DNA of 63,812 nucleotides from an uncultured Coriobacteriaceae bacterium (GCA_900544245.1 UQUH01000004.1:1-63812), one strand, 5' to 3'. Counted from the stretch's first letter, positions 17,298 through 27,458 are shown. Made by a program: numbers and translations. The notes: generated by a model not told the origin, from the sequence alone.

Positions 17298-18971
17298 GTG
17301 GACTACATACTCAGCAAATATTGCCCCCGCATCGAATTCGACTCGTACGAGGACTTCTACGACAACTTCAAGATCGACGTGCCCGAGAACTTCAACTTCG
17401 CCTATGACGTCGTTGACGAGTGGGCGCGTGTCGAGCCCGACAAGAAGGCCCTCGTGTGGATCAACGACGCTGGCGAGGAACGCGAGTTCACCTTCACGGA
17501 CATCTCGCTGCTCTCCAACCGCGCCGCCAACGCCTTCAGGAAGCTCGGCATCCGCAAGGGCGACGTCGTCATGCTGATGCTGCGTCGCCGTTGGGAATAC
17601 TGGGTGTGCGCCATGGCGCTGTGCAAGATCGGCGCCTCAATCATCCCGGCGACCATCCAGCTCACCTCGAAGGACATCGCGTACCGCGCGAACTCCGCAG
17701 CCGTCAAGATGCTCATCTGCGTCGATGACGACTACGTGGTCGAGCAGGTGGAGGGCGCGCTGCCCAACTCGCCCAGCATCAAAGAAAAGGTGCTCGTCGC
17801 GGGCAAACGCGACGGCTGGCTGTCCTTCGACGAGCTCATCGAGGACGAGAGCGACCAGTGGGAGCGTCCCACCGGCGAGGATGCCACCCAAATCGACGAC
17901 ATCATGCTCATCTACTTCACGAGCGGCACCACGGGCAACGCCAAGGCCGTGGAGCACAGCTTCAAGCACCCGCTCGGGCACATCCTCACCGCCAAATACT
18001 GGCAGCAAGTACGCGAGAACCGCCTGCACATGTCCGTGACCGACAGCGGCTGGGCCAAGTTCGGCTGGGGCAAGATCTACGGTCAGTGGATTGCCGGCGC
18101 CGCGATCTTCGCCTACGACATGGACAAGTTCGTACCCGCCAAGCTTCTGCAGGTCATGCAGGACTACGACCTCGCGACCTTCTGCGCGCCGCCCACCATG
18201 TACCGCTTCATGCTGCAGGAGGACGTCGCAGCCTACGACCTTTCCTCCATCGAGAACTTCGCGACCGCGGGCGAGCCGCTCAACGGCGAGGTGACCATCC
18301 AGTGGGAGAGGCTCACGGGCAAGAAGATCCGCGAGGGCTTTGGCCAGACGGAAGGCCCCGTGCTGCTGGCGACCTACCCGTGGATCGAGCCACGTCCCGG
18401 CTCCATGGGCAAGCCGAGCCCGCTGCTCAACATCAAACTGCTCGACGACGATGGCTACGAAGTCGCCGACGGTAGCGAGGGCGCTATCTGCGTCACCGGC
18501 CTCAAGGAGGCCTATCCGCCGGGCCTGTTCGTCGGCTACTACAACGATCCCGAGCGCACGGCCGAGGCTGTGGGTGGCGAATACTATAACCTGCATGACA
18601 TGGCATGGCGCGACACGGAAGGGTACTGCTACTTCGTCGGCCGCAACGACGACGTCATCAAGTGCTCGGGCTATCGCATCGGGCCGTTCGAGGTGGAGAG
18701 CGCGCTCGTGGCGCATCCGGCTGTCGTCGAGTGCGCGGTGACCGCCGCCCCCGACCCCGTGCGCGGCAAGGTCGTGAAGGCCTCCATCATCCTGGCCAAG
18801 GGCTACGAGCCGAGCGACGAGCTCACGAAGGAGCTGCAGGATCACGTCAAGCACACGACGGCGCCGTACAAGTATCCGCGTATCGTGGAATACGTCGATG
18901 ACCTACCCAAGACCATCGGCGGCAAGATCAAGCGCAAGATGATCCGCAACGCCGACGGGGTTACGGACTAG
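17298..18971 (+). CDS. AMP-forming acyl-CoA synthetase (medium-chain / ANL family)
   Basis: 557-aa ORF (GTG start) with YFTSGTTGNAKAV (AMP-binding P-loop), GQTEG, DMAWRDTEGYCYFVGRNDDVIK and GKIKR. Confidence 0.88.
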   Translation: MDYILSKYCPRIEFDSYEDFYDNFKIDVPENFNFAYDVVDEWARVEPDKKALVWINDAGEEREFTFTDISLLSNRAANAFRKLGIRKGDVVMLMLRRRWEYWVCAMALCKIGASIIPATIQLTSKDIAYRANSAAVKMLICVDDDYVVEQVEGALPNSPSIKEKVLVAGKRDGWLSFDELIEDESDQWERPTGEDATQIDDIMLIYFTSGTTGNAKAVEHSFKHPLGHILTAKYWQQVRENRLHMSVTDSGWAKFGWGKIYGQWIAGAAIFAYDMDKFVPAKLLQVMQDYDLATFCAPPTMYRFMLQEDVAAYDLSSIENFATAGEPLNGEVTIQWERLTGKKIREGFGQTEGPVLLATYPWIEPRPGSMGKPSPLLNIKLLDDDGYEVADGSEGAICVTGLKEAYPPGLFVGYYNDPERTAEAVGGEYYNLHDMAWRDTEGYCYFVGRNDDVIKCSGYRIGPFEVESALVAHPAVVECAVTAAPDPVRGKVVKASIILAKGYEPSDELTKELQDHVKHTTAPYKYPRIVEYVDDLPKTIGGKIKRKMIRNADGVTD

Positions 18972-19155
18972 CTTGTCCGAGGCTGATCCTCACGCCTGGA
19001 AAAATCGAATACATCCTCCCTGGAGAATAATAGAGCGAATCCACTGCTCAAGACCTTCCCTTTGGGCATGGCGGCATCCCCAGGCGCTTCCTAGTATGTA
19101 GGTATCGCGAGAACTGGGGCCCCACGAGAAATGAGAAGACAAGAGGAGGATCGAA

Positions 19156-21393
19156 ATGGCTGAAGACAAGGTAGAGGTCCTGCGAGCCGGTTGCTTTTTC
19201 TGCCATGTCCGCTGCGGCGTGCTGGTAACCAAGGTCAATGGCCGCATCACCGACATTAAAGGAGATCCGGATTGCCCCCACAATCACGGATTTACCTGTT
19301 CGCGCCTGGACAAGCAGCGCTACCTGGAAGGATTCGTCTACAATCCCAACCGCCTGAAAAAGCCCCTCAAACGCATAGGCGAACGCGGCAGCGGTCAATG
19401 GGAAGAGATTTCCTGGGACCAGGCTTTTGACGAGATCGCAGAGAAGCTCGCCGATCTGCGCGACAAATACGGTGCTGAAACCCTGGCCTTCACCGAGGGC
19501 ACGGCCCGTACTTGGAGCTGGTTGCACTACAAGTTCACTAACCTGTTTGGCACCCCCAATACGGGAGGTAACGGCACCATCTGCTACAGCTCCGACATGT
19601 GGCTCGAGCCTTGCACCTACGGCGGCTTCTGCTCCGACAAGGCGGACTGGGTCAATGCCGACGTCGTAGTCATGTGGGGTCGCAATACCATCGCCTCAGA
19701 GCCTCTGCTGTGGGACTGGGTGCAGAAGAACCGCGAGAAAAACGGTGCCAAGATTCTGTGCATCGACCCGCGCTTCAGCGAGGTGGCACAACAAGCCGAC
19801 CTGTTCCTGCAGCTGCGTCCCGGCACCGATGCCGCACTGGCGCTCGGCATGATTAACGTCATCATCGAGGAAGACCTCTATGATCACGAATTTGTTGACA
19901 AGTGGTGCATCGGCTTCGAGGAGCTCAAGGAGCGCGCTGCCGAATATCCCGTTGACAAAGTAGCTGAAATCACCTGGGTCCCTGAAGAGAAGATCCGCGC
20001 GGCGGCACGCATGTACGCAACCGCCAAGTCAGCATCCATGCCCTGGGGTCAGAAGGGCGGAGATGCCTCCGGCATCAACGCTTCCTCCACCATCCAGGCC
20101 AAGGCCATCTTACGAGCCATTACTGGCAACCTAGACAAGAAAGGCGGAGATCAGCTTGCTCCTCCGTCTCGCTTCCCACCGGCGTTCTTTGAGCACTACG
20201 CCTTGCCCCAGGAGCAGCGCGACAAGATGGTTGGAAACGATGTCTTCCCCGGCCTGACCTTCAAGGGCTGGGACATCATCTCCCAAGCCTACCCGTCGTT
20301 CTATCCCTACTCCAACGCGCCGCTGATGTTCCGCCAGATGATTTCGGGCGACCCGTATCCCATCAAAGCGCTCATCGTTCAGGCAGACAACCCCGTCGTG
20401 GCGTTCTCCAACACCAAGCTGGTAGTCGAAGCACTTAAGAACCTCGATTTGCTCGTGGTCCACGACTACTTCATGACCCCGACCGCCGCGCTTGCGGATT
20501 ACGCGCTACCTGCAGCAACCTGGCTCGAGAGGCCCGATAACTGCTATGCCGTCATGAACCATCGTCCCATGTACTTTGGCGCACAGGCCCGCGTCATCGA
20601 CCGTTTCGAGGGCGGCGCTGACGTTGACTTCCGTGACGACTACGAATTCTGGTACGGCCTGGCAATTCGTCTCGGCCAAGAAGACAAGTGGTGGGGCCCC
20701 AAGACGGAGGACATGCTTGACTTCCAGCTCGCGCCCATGGGCATGACGTTTGAGCAGTTCTACAACGACGTGAAGTACATGGCTGGCAAGAAGAAGTACC
20801 TCAAGTATAAGGAGCCTGGCTACAAGTTCCTCACCCCCTCCGGCAAGGTCGAGCTCAAGTCTTCGGTTATCGAAAAACTTGCAGAAGAGACGGGGCGCCC
20901 CTTCGACCCGTTGCCTCACTTCGAGTACCCCGGCCTGAGCAACGAAAAGCATCCCGAATGGGGCGATGAATATCCGCTCATCGCCATCACCGGCGCTCGC
21001 TTCATGCCGTTCTATCACTCCGAGCACAGGCAGCCCGGCCCCTATCGTGATTTGCATCCGGAGCCGATCTTCGATATCCACCCGGATACCGCAATCGACC
21101 TTGATATCGCAGATGGTGACTGGTGTTGGATCGAAACCCACATGGGCCGCATCAAGCAACGCGCTCGAAAGACCTCGATTGTCGATCCAAGGGTCATCAG
21201 CATCCAGCACGACTGGTGGTTCCCCGAGCAGGACATGGCCCTGCCAAACCTCGGCGGCGTGTTCAAATCCAGCGCCAATGTCATCCTCGATGATGATCCG
21301 GAAAGCCTGGACCAGCTCATGGGCTCTTGGCAGCAAACCGGCGTTGCCGTAAAGGTATACAAATGTGCCCCCGAGGAATGCGGTATCGACTAG
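19156..21393 (+). CDS. Molybdopterin (bis-MGD) oxidoreductase, DMSO-reductase superfamily, apparently cytoplasmic
   Basis: 745-aa ORF. It has an N-terminal 4Fe-4S motif CFFCHVRCGV...C(x)nC, no twin-arginine signal, and a C-terminal molybdopterin dinucleotide-binding-like region. Substrate unknown. Confidence 0.8.
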   Translation: MAEDKVEVLRAGCFFCHVRCGVLVTKVNGRITDIKGDPDCPHNHGFTCSRLDKQRYLEGFVYNPNRLKKPLKRIGERGSGQWEEISWDQAFDEIAEKLADLRDKYGAETLAFTEGTARTWSWLHYKFTNLFGTPNTGGNGTICYSSDMWLEPCTYGGFCSDKADWVNADVVVMWGRNTIASEPLLWDWVQKNREKNGAKILCIDPRFSEVAQQADLFLQLRPGTDAALALGMINVIIEEDLYDHEFVDKWCIGFEELKERAAEYPVDKVAEITWVPEEKIRAAARMYATAKSASMPWGQKGGDASGINASSTIQAKAILRAITGNLDKKGGDQLAPPSRFPPAFFEHYALPQEQRDKMVGNDVFPGLTFKGWDIISQAYPSFYPYSNAPLMFRQMISGDPYPIKALIVQADNPVVAFSNTKLVVEALKNLDLLVVHDYFMTPTAALADYALPAATWLERPDNCYAVMNHRPMYFGAQARVIDRFEGGADVDFRDDYEFWYGLAIRLGQEDKWWGPKTEDMLDFQLAPMGMTFEQFYNDVKYMAGKKKYLKYKEPGYKFLTPSGKVELKSSVIEKLAEETGRPFDPLPHFEYPGLSNEKHPEWGDEYPLIAITGARFMPFYHSEHRQPGPYRDLHPEPIFDIHPDTAIDLDIADGDWCWIETHMGRIKQRARKTSIVDPRVISIQHDWWFPEQDMALPNLGGVFKSSANVILDDDPESLDQLMGSWQQTGVAVKVYKCAPEECGID

Positions 21394-21474
21394 CGTCGAG
21401 ACGCTAGCAACAAGCGCGCCGTCTCTCGTATGGGACGGCGCGCGTTTGAGCCTCGAGCGCGAGAGGAGAACAAG

Positions 21475-21705
21475 ATGGCTGATGTGTCAAAGCTCTTTGG
21501 AATCACCGACCAGGAAATCGAAGCCGTAAAGGGCGAGGGGATCGAAACCGTGGAGGCCTTTTATGAGGTGGCCAAGCACCCTGATAGCCGCACCGAACTA
21601 GCAGGCAAGACGGGTATCGAAAGTTTCCGCCTAGAGGAGCTCTCTTCTATCGCAGGAAACTTCATTCTCATGATGGACTGCTCCTGGGATGATGATGACG
21701 AGTAG
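21475..21705 (+). CDS. Hypothetical small acidic protein
   Basis: A 76-aa product from the ATG at 21475 (MADVSKLFGITDQEIEAVKGEGIETVEAF...), preceded by gagaggag. Immediately downstream of the molybdoenzyme. Confidence 0.45.
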   Translation: MADVSKLFGITDQEIEAVKGEGIETVEAFYEVAKHPDSRTELAGKTGIESFRLEELSSIAGNFILMMDCSWDDDDE

Positions 21706-21734
21706 CTTCTGCTCAGATAGGAGGAAAGAGGAAC

Positions 21735-21926
21735 ATGTGTTTCAGACCACCTGAGGTAGATGCAGGAGAAGTCGTATGCCGGAGCTGCTATATGGTCGTC
21801 GAGCCTAATCCGGACGGCACCTGCCCCGAATGTGGTGCACAGATGGGAGATCCCGCTCCGGCCGCTGCGACACCGGCGCCTGCTCCCAACCCCACAGCGC
21901 CAAAGGCACCGGGAGCACCAGAGTAA
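21735..21926 (+). CDS. Small zinc-ribbon protein with Pro/Ala-rich tail
   Basis: 63-aa ORF with CRSC...CPEC (two CxxC pairs), preceded by taggaggaaagagg. Confidence 0.5.
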   Translation: MCFRPPEVDAGEVVCRSCYMVVEPNPDGTCPECGAQMGDPAPAAATPAPAPNPTAPKAPGAPE

Positions 21927-22066
21927 GTTTCTGTCTGGTGAGGATTTTGCCCACCGGCTGGCAAACGTAACGAGCGCGAAGGCTTCTGCGGCAGGCATGC
22001 AGCAGGAGCTTTCGTGCACCTGCGAAAAACGAGGAAGACGCGACAAGCGGATAAGCGAGGGATGTC

Positions 22067-22774
22067 ATGGTGCAGGATAGATATGAAGCCAAGCTACGCT
22101 TTGCCACGGCATTCGTAAAGCTTGCGACGGCGCAGCACCCTGACAAGATTACGGTCGGACAGATCGTTGAAGAGACGGGCAAGAATCGCAAGACCTTCTA
22201 CTACCACTTCGAAGACAAGAGCGCGCTGGTGAGATGGCTCTTTCGCTATGACATCGCATGCGAGCTCGAGCGCTACTTTCCCACACACGAGCTTGTGTTC
22301 GACGCTACCGGCGACGACGAGCATCTGGCCGGTCTGCCCTTCTATGCGAGGCACTTTCAGCAAAACGGCACGATTGACAACACCATGTTCTTTGAGGTGT
22401 TCTCACGCAGCCTCGAGAAGCACCGCGACTACTACCGTCAGGTGTTTTCGCACGTAGGCGGCGACAGCTTGGATAGCTACCTGCACCAGATTTACACTCC
22501 CTGCCTGAGAGAGGACGTACTTTACCTGATAGACCGTGAGCTTGAGCTGCGCGGAGGAATCGATGCGCCGACGATCAAGAGCAAGATGGAGGAAAGCGCC
22601 GCTATCGACTTTCTTGCGGAGTTCTTCACCGGGTCCTTTATCTCGCGTGTTATCACAAGAATCCATGACACGGGCTTCAACAGGAGCATGCACGACATTG
22701 CCCCCTTCGAGAACGTCATACATGAATCATTGCAGCTGATGATAGCCAAGCACTTGGGTCCAAGCGAGCACTAG
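22067..22774 (+). CDS. TetR/AcrR-family transcriptional regulator
   Basis: 235-aa ORF. The N-terminal HTH segment ITVGQIVEETGKNRKTFYYHFEDKSALVRWLF is typical of TetR (DhaS-like) regulators. Confidence 0.7.
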   Translation: MVQDRYEAKLRFATAFVKLATAQHPDKITVGQIVEETGKNRKTFYYHFEDKSALVRWLFRYDIACELERYFPTHELVFDATGDDEHLAGLPFYARHFQQNGTIDNTMFFEVFSRSLEKHRDYYRQVFSHVGGDSLDSYLHQIYTPCLREDVLYLIDRELELRGGIDAPTIKSKMEESAAIDFLAEFFTGSFISRVITRIHDTGFNRSMHDIAPFENVIHESLQLMIAKHLGPSEH

Positions 22775-22977
22775 CGATTGAACGCATCGACGGCGTCACC
22801 TGCTGCTGCGATTGCCCGCGCTCTTGCATTGTGTGGAAGGAACGTGTGGCAGGCGGGGCAGCTGATATCGGATTCTGCGACTTGAACGCCGCATTCCGGG
22901 CAGACATGCTCATGCTGGGCAGGGTCGCCCTCTTGCAGTCCCATGCAAGCTCCGCACATGACGCAGGGGATGCACAT
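22771..22977 (-). CDS. Small Cys-rich (double zinc-ribbon-like) protein
   Basis: A 68-aa product from the ATG at 22975-22977 (MCIPCVMCGACMG...CPECG...CPAC), preceded on the - strand by aaggag at a 6-nt spacing. Confidence 0.5.
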   Translation of the reverse strand: MCIPCVMCGACMGLQEGDPAQHEHVCPECGVQVAESDISCPACHTFLPHNARARAIAAAGDAVDAFNR

Positions 22978-23082
22978 GCCGAGCTCCTTTCCTCGTGGGA
23001 GGGGTCGTCCACCTTCTCTTAAGGATACCTTTCTTGGTCGCATCATGCCCTGGGCAACATGACGATTGTGTGAGAGAGGGAA

Positions 23083-23122
23083 CGAGATTTCTCGACTCCG
23101 CTTCGCTCCGCTCGAAATGACA
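23083..23122. repeat. Family C repeat copy
   Basis: cgagatttctcgactccgcttcgctccgctcgaaatgaca, preceded at 23061-23079 by gacgattgtgtgagagagg, a single copy of the 16391-type core. Confidence 0.65.
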
Positions 23123-23134
23123 GGGGCATGACAG

Positions 23135-23608
23135 CTAGTCAGTTGCTAGCGCGACCTTGCCGGTGCGAATCATTTCCCTGATGCCATAGGGACCGAGCAG
23201 AGCCTCGAACGCCTCGATCCTTTCGGCGGTGTCCGTGAGTTCGATGATGAGCGAATCAGGCGCTCCGCCATCGACACGTGCGCCGAAAAGCCCCGCAAGC
23301 TCGATGATCTCGCCGCGCTTCTCGGGCTCGGCATTCACCTTGAAGAGCACGAGCTCGCGTTCGATGTGATCCTTGTCGGTGAGGTCGGTCACCTTGTACA
23401 CGTTGATGAGCTTGTGAAGCTGCTTGGTCACCTGCTCGACGATGCGCTCGTCGGCATCGACCACCATCGTCACGCGGCTGCGCACGTCCTCCTCGGTGAT
23501 GCTGACGGCGAGGGACTCGATGTTGAAGCCGCGGCGCGCGATGAGGCCGGCGATGCGGGCGAGCACGCCCGGTTTGTTGTCCACCCACACGGAAAGAATG
23601 CGTGACAT
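23135..23608 (-). CDS. ilvN: Acetolactate synthase small (regulatory) subunit
   Basis: A 157-aa product from the ATG at 23606-23608 (MSRILSVWVDNKPGVLARIAGLIARRGFNIESLAV), with an ACT domain. It starts 3 nt after the ilvB stop. Confidence 0.9.
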   Translation of the reverse strand: MSRILSVWVDNKPGVLARIAGLIARRGFNIESLAVSITEEDVRSRVTMVVDADERIVEQVTKQLHKLINVYKVTDLTDKDHIERELVLFKVNAEPEKRGEIIELAGLFGARVDGGAPDSLIIELTDTAERIEAFEALLGPYGIREMIRTGKVALATD

Positions 23609-23610
23609 GA

Positions 23611-25329
23611 CTACTCCTTGTCTCGCAGGTCTGACACGCCCTTGGCCGAGCCATCGCATGCGTCCTTGGGGTATACGTCCTCGTCACTCGCAATGGGAAT
23701 CCACAGCAGTGCCGGCCCCTCGTTTGCGAGCCACTGCCGCATTGCCGCCTCGAGTTCCGACGGGCTCTCGACCTTGCTTGCGTTCCATCCGTAGGCACGG
23801 GCGAGCGCGGCGAAATCGGGATTTCCGGTGAACAGGGTCTGGCTGTATCGCCTGTCATGGAACTGCTCTTGCATTTGGCGCACCATTCCCAGGCAATTGT
23901 TATCGAGAAGCAGCACCTTGACCGGCAGCCCATTCTCGTGAATCGTCGCCATCTCCTGAATGTTCATCTGGATGGAGCCATCGCCCGTGATGCAGATGAC
24001 GCGGCTATCGGGCATGCCGAGCTGAGCGCCCATTGCCGCCGGAAGCCCAAATCCCATCGTCCCCGCACCACCACTCGAAACGAACGTGCGCGGCCTCGTG
24101 GTGTGGAAGAGCTGGCTTGCCCACATCTGGTGTTGCCCCACGTCGGTGGTAAGGATGGTGTCGCGGTCCTTCACGAGCTCGTCCAGCACCATTATCACCT
24201 GCTCGGGACGAATCGTGCCCTCGCCACGCATATTGCGATGGGGCTTTTCCCGCTTCCATCGTGCGATGCTCTCGAGCCACGCGGAAGTCTGCGGCTGCGC
24301 GTCATTCTTGCGCAGCTCCTCGACGAGAGCGGTGAGCACCGTCTTCACGTCGCCCACGATGGGGATGTCGGCATGGTGGTTCTTGCCTATCTCGGCGGGA
24401 TCGATGTCGATGTGTATCACGCGCGCGTGCGGCGCAAATCCCTGTGCGTCACCCGTCGAACGGTTCGCGAAGCGCGTGCCCACGGCAAGCACGAGGTCGC
24501 TCTCGTGCATCGCCTCGTTTGCCGCCGGGAGCCCGTACATTCCCAGCATCCCCAGGTTGAGCGGGCTGTCCTCGGGAAAGCCCCCCTTGCCGGTGAGCGT
24601 CGTCGCGACGGGAATCTGCATCGATTCGGCAAGCTGCGTGAGCTCGGCCGTCGCGCCCGAGGCGATGACACCGCCTCCCGCATATATGACGGGACGCTTC
24701 GCCTTCTCGATTGCGCGCGCCGCCTGCTTCACCTGCTTGCTGTTGCCCTTGTACGTGGGCTTGTACGACTGGAGCCTGACCTCGGCGGGATAGCTGTACG
24801 CAACGTCGAACTCGCGCGCGAGGTTGCTCGGGATGTCGATGACCACGGGGCCCGGACGTCCGGTCGAAGCGATGTGATATGCCTGGGCGATGGTCTCGGG
24901 GATATCGGCCGCCTCCTTGACGAGGTAGCTGTGTTTCACGATGGGAAGCGTGATGCCCGTCATGTCCGACTCCTGGAACGCATCGCTGCCCAGCGCGTCG
25001 GTGGGAACTTGACCGGTGATGACGACGAGCGGGATGGAATCCATGTACGCCGTCGCGATGCCCGTGACCGTGTTGGTGGCACCAGGGCCGCTCGTGACGA
25101 TGACGGTGCCGACCTTGCCGGTCGCACGCGCATAGCCATCGGCAGCGTGCACCGCACCCTGCTCGTGGCGCACGAGGATGTGGTTGAGCTTCTTGCTATC
25201 GTAGAGCGCGTCGTAGATGTCGAGCGCATGGCCACCGGGGTATCCGAAGACGGTCTTGACACCGGCATCTTCCAGCGCCCTGATCAGGCATTGCGCGCCG
25301 GTCATCTTCGTTTCGTTGTGTTTGCTCAT
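23611..25329 (-). CDS. ilvB: Acetolactate synthase large subunit (ThDP-dependent)
   Basis: 572-aa ORF starting MTGAQCLIRALEDAGVKTVFGYPGG, with the ThDP motif GDGSIQMNIQE...N. Confidence 0.93.
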   Translation of the reverse strand: MSKHNETKMTGAQCLIRALEDAGVKTVFGYPGGHALDIYDALYDSKKLNHILVRHEQGAVHAADGYARATGKVGTVIVTSGPGATNTVTGIATAYMDSIPLVVITGQVPTDALGSDAFQESDMTGITLPIVKHSYLVKEAADIPETIAQAYHIASTGRPGPVVIDIPSNLAREFDVAYSYPAEVRLQSYKPTYKGNSKQVKQAARAIEKAKRPVIYAGGGVIASGATAELTQLAESMQIPVATTLTGKGGFPEDSPLNLGMLGMYGLPAANEAMHESDLVLAVGTRFANRSTGDAQGFAPHARVIHIDIDPAEIGKNHHADIPIVGDVKTVLTALVEELRKNDAQPQTSAWLESIARWKREKPHRNMRGEGTIRPEQVIMVLDELVKDRDTILTTDVGQHQMWASQLFHTTRPRTFVSSGGAGTMGFGLPAAMGAQLGMPDSRVICITGDGSIQMNIQEMATIHENGLPVKVLLLDNNCLGMVRQMQEQFHDRRYSQTLFTGNPDFAALARAYGWNASKVESPSELEAAMRQWLANEGPALLWIPIASDEDVYPKDACDGSAKGVSDLRDKE

Positions 25330-25391
25330 CGTGGTGTCGTCGTTTCCCTCGGCATTGGGCTTTGATAGCGTAATTTACGTATTATAGCGTG

Positions 25392-25420
25392 TGGGACAAA
25401 TGGACAGGTCATTTGTCCCA
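25392..25420. repeat. Hairpin TGGGACAAATGGACAGGTCATTTGTCCCA (variant of family B, same loop as 50677-50707 inverted)
   Basis: Read directly. It is followed at 25421-25471 by a family-C-like segment, gtttcgaccggag...ctcgctcgaaac. Confidence 0.6.
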
Positions 25421-25476
25421 GTTTCGACCGGAGATGCGTGAGCGTCGAAGCGGAGACCCCTCGCTCGAAACGGCAG

Positions 25477-26313
25477 TTACAACAGGCCGAACTCGTTTAC
25501 CACGAGCACGACGGCTGCAACGGCTAGCAGGCCGGAGAAGATGAAGCGCAGCGTGCGCTCGGGAACGCGCGACACGAGACGGGCGCCGAGCACCGCGCCG
25601 GGAATGGCTCCTACGCACAACATGATGCCCGCAAGGTAGTCGATGTGTCCGAGGAAGGCCTGCTGGATGACACCGGGAATGGCGAGGATGATGATGGCGA
25701 TGAGCGACGTGCCCGAGGTCCGCTTCATGGGAATGCCGAGCCACGCCGTCATGAGCGGCACCATGATGAAGCCACCGCCCACACCCACGTAGCCCGAGGC
25801 AAAGCCGGCTATCAAGCCGATAATTACCGCGAGCGCAACGTTCTTTCGCGTGAAGCCGAAGGTGCAAGGCTCGATGTTCGAAGGGATGGCTGAGACACTT
25901 GCCCGCGCACTACCGGATTTCGAAGAGGACTTCTTCCCCATGCGCACAGCCTTGCTCAGCATGGTAAACGCCGAGTAGATGATGATGACGGCCGCGACCA
26001 CCATGATGAGCCAGGCTGGGGAAATCGACCCCAGGTACACGCCTGCCGACGAGGTCACCGCACCGGCAACGCCAAGCAGGATGCCCAACTTGGGAAGGCA
26101 GCTGCGCGCACGAATGTGGGTGACGGCCCCCGCAAGTGATATGGGGATGATGGCAAAGAGCGAGGTCGCTGTTGCCATGAACGCGTCGAGTCCGTAGCCC
26201 AGGCGCAAGACCGGAATCATGATGGTTCCGCCGCCGATGCCGAGCATCCCGGAAAGCACGCCAATGCCAACGCCGGCAAGCACGAGCGCTATGGATGTGA
26301 TGACGATTTCCAT
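25477..26313 (-). CDS. TauE/SafE-family anion exporter (sulfite exporter family membrane protein)
   Basis: 278-aa polytopic membrane ORF with repeated GxGGG-type helices (GMLGIGGGTIMIP, GYVGVGGGFIMVP), typical of TauE/SafE. Confidence 0.8.
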   Translation of the reverse strand: MEIVITSIALVLAGVGIGVLSGMLGIGGGTIMIPVLRLGYGLDAFMATATSLFAIIPISLAGAVTHIRARSCLPKLGILLGVAGAVTSSAGVYLGSISPAWLIMVVAAVIIIYSAFTMLSKAVRMGKKSSSKSGSARASVSAIPSNIEPCTFGFTRKNVALAVIIGLIAGFASGYVGVGGGFIMVPLMTAWLGIPMKRTSGTSLIAIIILAIPGVIQQAFLGHIDYLAGIMLCVGAIPGAVLGARLVSRVPERTLRFIFSGLLAVAAVVLVVNEFGLL

Positions 26314-26396
26314 GAGCTACATGATAAGGGAATGTCGAAGACGGATGTGTCAGGGGGTCAGACCCCTTGGCGCATCCGTTCCACTTCATCTGCCTA

Positions 26397-27458
26397 CTAG
26401 ATCATGGCCATTTGGGCGGCGCAGCTGTTGTACCAGTGATTGGGATTCGAGGGACAGTATGTGGCAGCGGCCTCGTGCGTGAGGTAACCGCCGTACAGCG
26501 AACCTCCCAGTGCGGAGACGACCCTGTTGATGCCCTCTTCCCACGAGCCGAAGCTATAGCCGCCATAGCCCCACGCATTATGAGAGCGATAGCAGACGGC
26601 ACCCTTGCTGCTTTCGACATACGAGATTGCCGGAGCCCAACGCGGGTCGACGCCGTTGTCCCAAGCAGCGGCCGCATAGGCGACGCCCGTCCCGGACATG
26701 GGAGATCCCGAAAGATACGCGTTGATACGCGGTGCCCACTCGTTCACGAACTGCGATTTATCGGATGACCAGCCGACATTAGACGAGCTGGCCGATGACG
26801 CGGAGCTATTCGCGGCGTTTGCGGCTTCCTTCTCCTCCGCGGTTGCAGACGAGGAGTTGATGATATTCTGATTGGCCTGCTGTTCCGCAGCCTGGGCAGC
26901 CGCCGCGCGCGCCGCCACGCGCTCACGGGCCTCGCGAGCCTCCTGTAGCGACGTCAGGGCGTCTTGAGCAGCCTTGTCAACGTCTGCCTTGTCGGTTTCG
27001 AGCTGCTGTCGCGCATTCCTCAAATCGCTTTCCATCTGGATGGCTCTTTGAATCTCGGAGGTGTTGTACTCGATAATCCAATTGTAGGAGTCGACGATGG
27101 CGAGCATGTCAGTAACGCTCTTGGACTCGAGCAGCATCATGAGAACGCTCGACGAGTCATACTCGTACTTGTAGAGCGCGCGGATGCTCTCGTCCGAACG
27201 CTCGCGTTGGGCAGGGAGCTTCGCCTCGAGCTCGGCGATGCGAGCATCGAGTTCAGCAATCTCGGCCGTAAGCTCCTCTTGGCGCAAGATGGCATCGTTG
27301 TAGGCATCGGCACTTGATTTGACCTGGGCTTCAAGCTGATCTGCTTCCTCGTCGGCAAGGGATATCTGTACGAACCCGCCGCTCGCGAGAAAAGCCGCCA
27401 GTGCGAAGAAGAGCGCCAGCGTCGTGATGATGCCTCGATTGAGTGCATGTTGTAGCAA
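26397..27458 (-). CDS. Secreted/anchored coiled-coil protein with C-terminal putative cell-wall-hydrolase-like domain
   Basis: 353-aa ORF with an N-terminal hydrophobic anchor and a long heptad-rich region (PcsB-like organisation). The Trp/Gly-rich C-terminal domain has an ISYVESSKG...NAWGYGG segment reminiscent of transglycosylase E-S motifs. The function call is tentative. Confidence 0.5.
   Translation of the reverse strand: MLQHALNRGIITTLALFFALAAFLASGGFVQISLADEEADQLEAQVKSSADAYNDAILRQEELTAEIAELDARIAELEAKLPAQRERSDESIRALYKYEYDSSSVLMMLLESKSVTDMLAIVDSYNWIIEYNTSEIQRAIQMESDLRNARQQLETDKADVDKAAQDALTSLQEAREARERVAARAAAAQAAEQQANQNIINSSSATAEEKEAANAANSSASSASSSNVGWSSDKSQFVNEWAPRINAYLSGSPMSGTGVAYAAAAWDNGVDPRWAPAISYVESSKGAVCYRSHNAWGYGGYSFGSWEEGINRVVSALGGSLYGGYLTHEAAATYCPSNPNHWYNSCAAQMAMI

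Noticed and set aside
17637-18854. 405-aa ORF antisense to the acyl-CoA synthetase gene
   Set aside because: It has no recognisable motifs and its composition is dominated by A/G/R/L/V/D. The sense strand carries all the ANL motifs, so this is a GC-driven shadow ORF.
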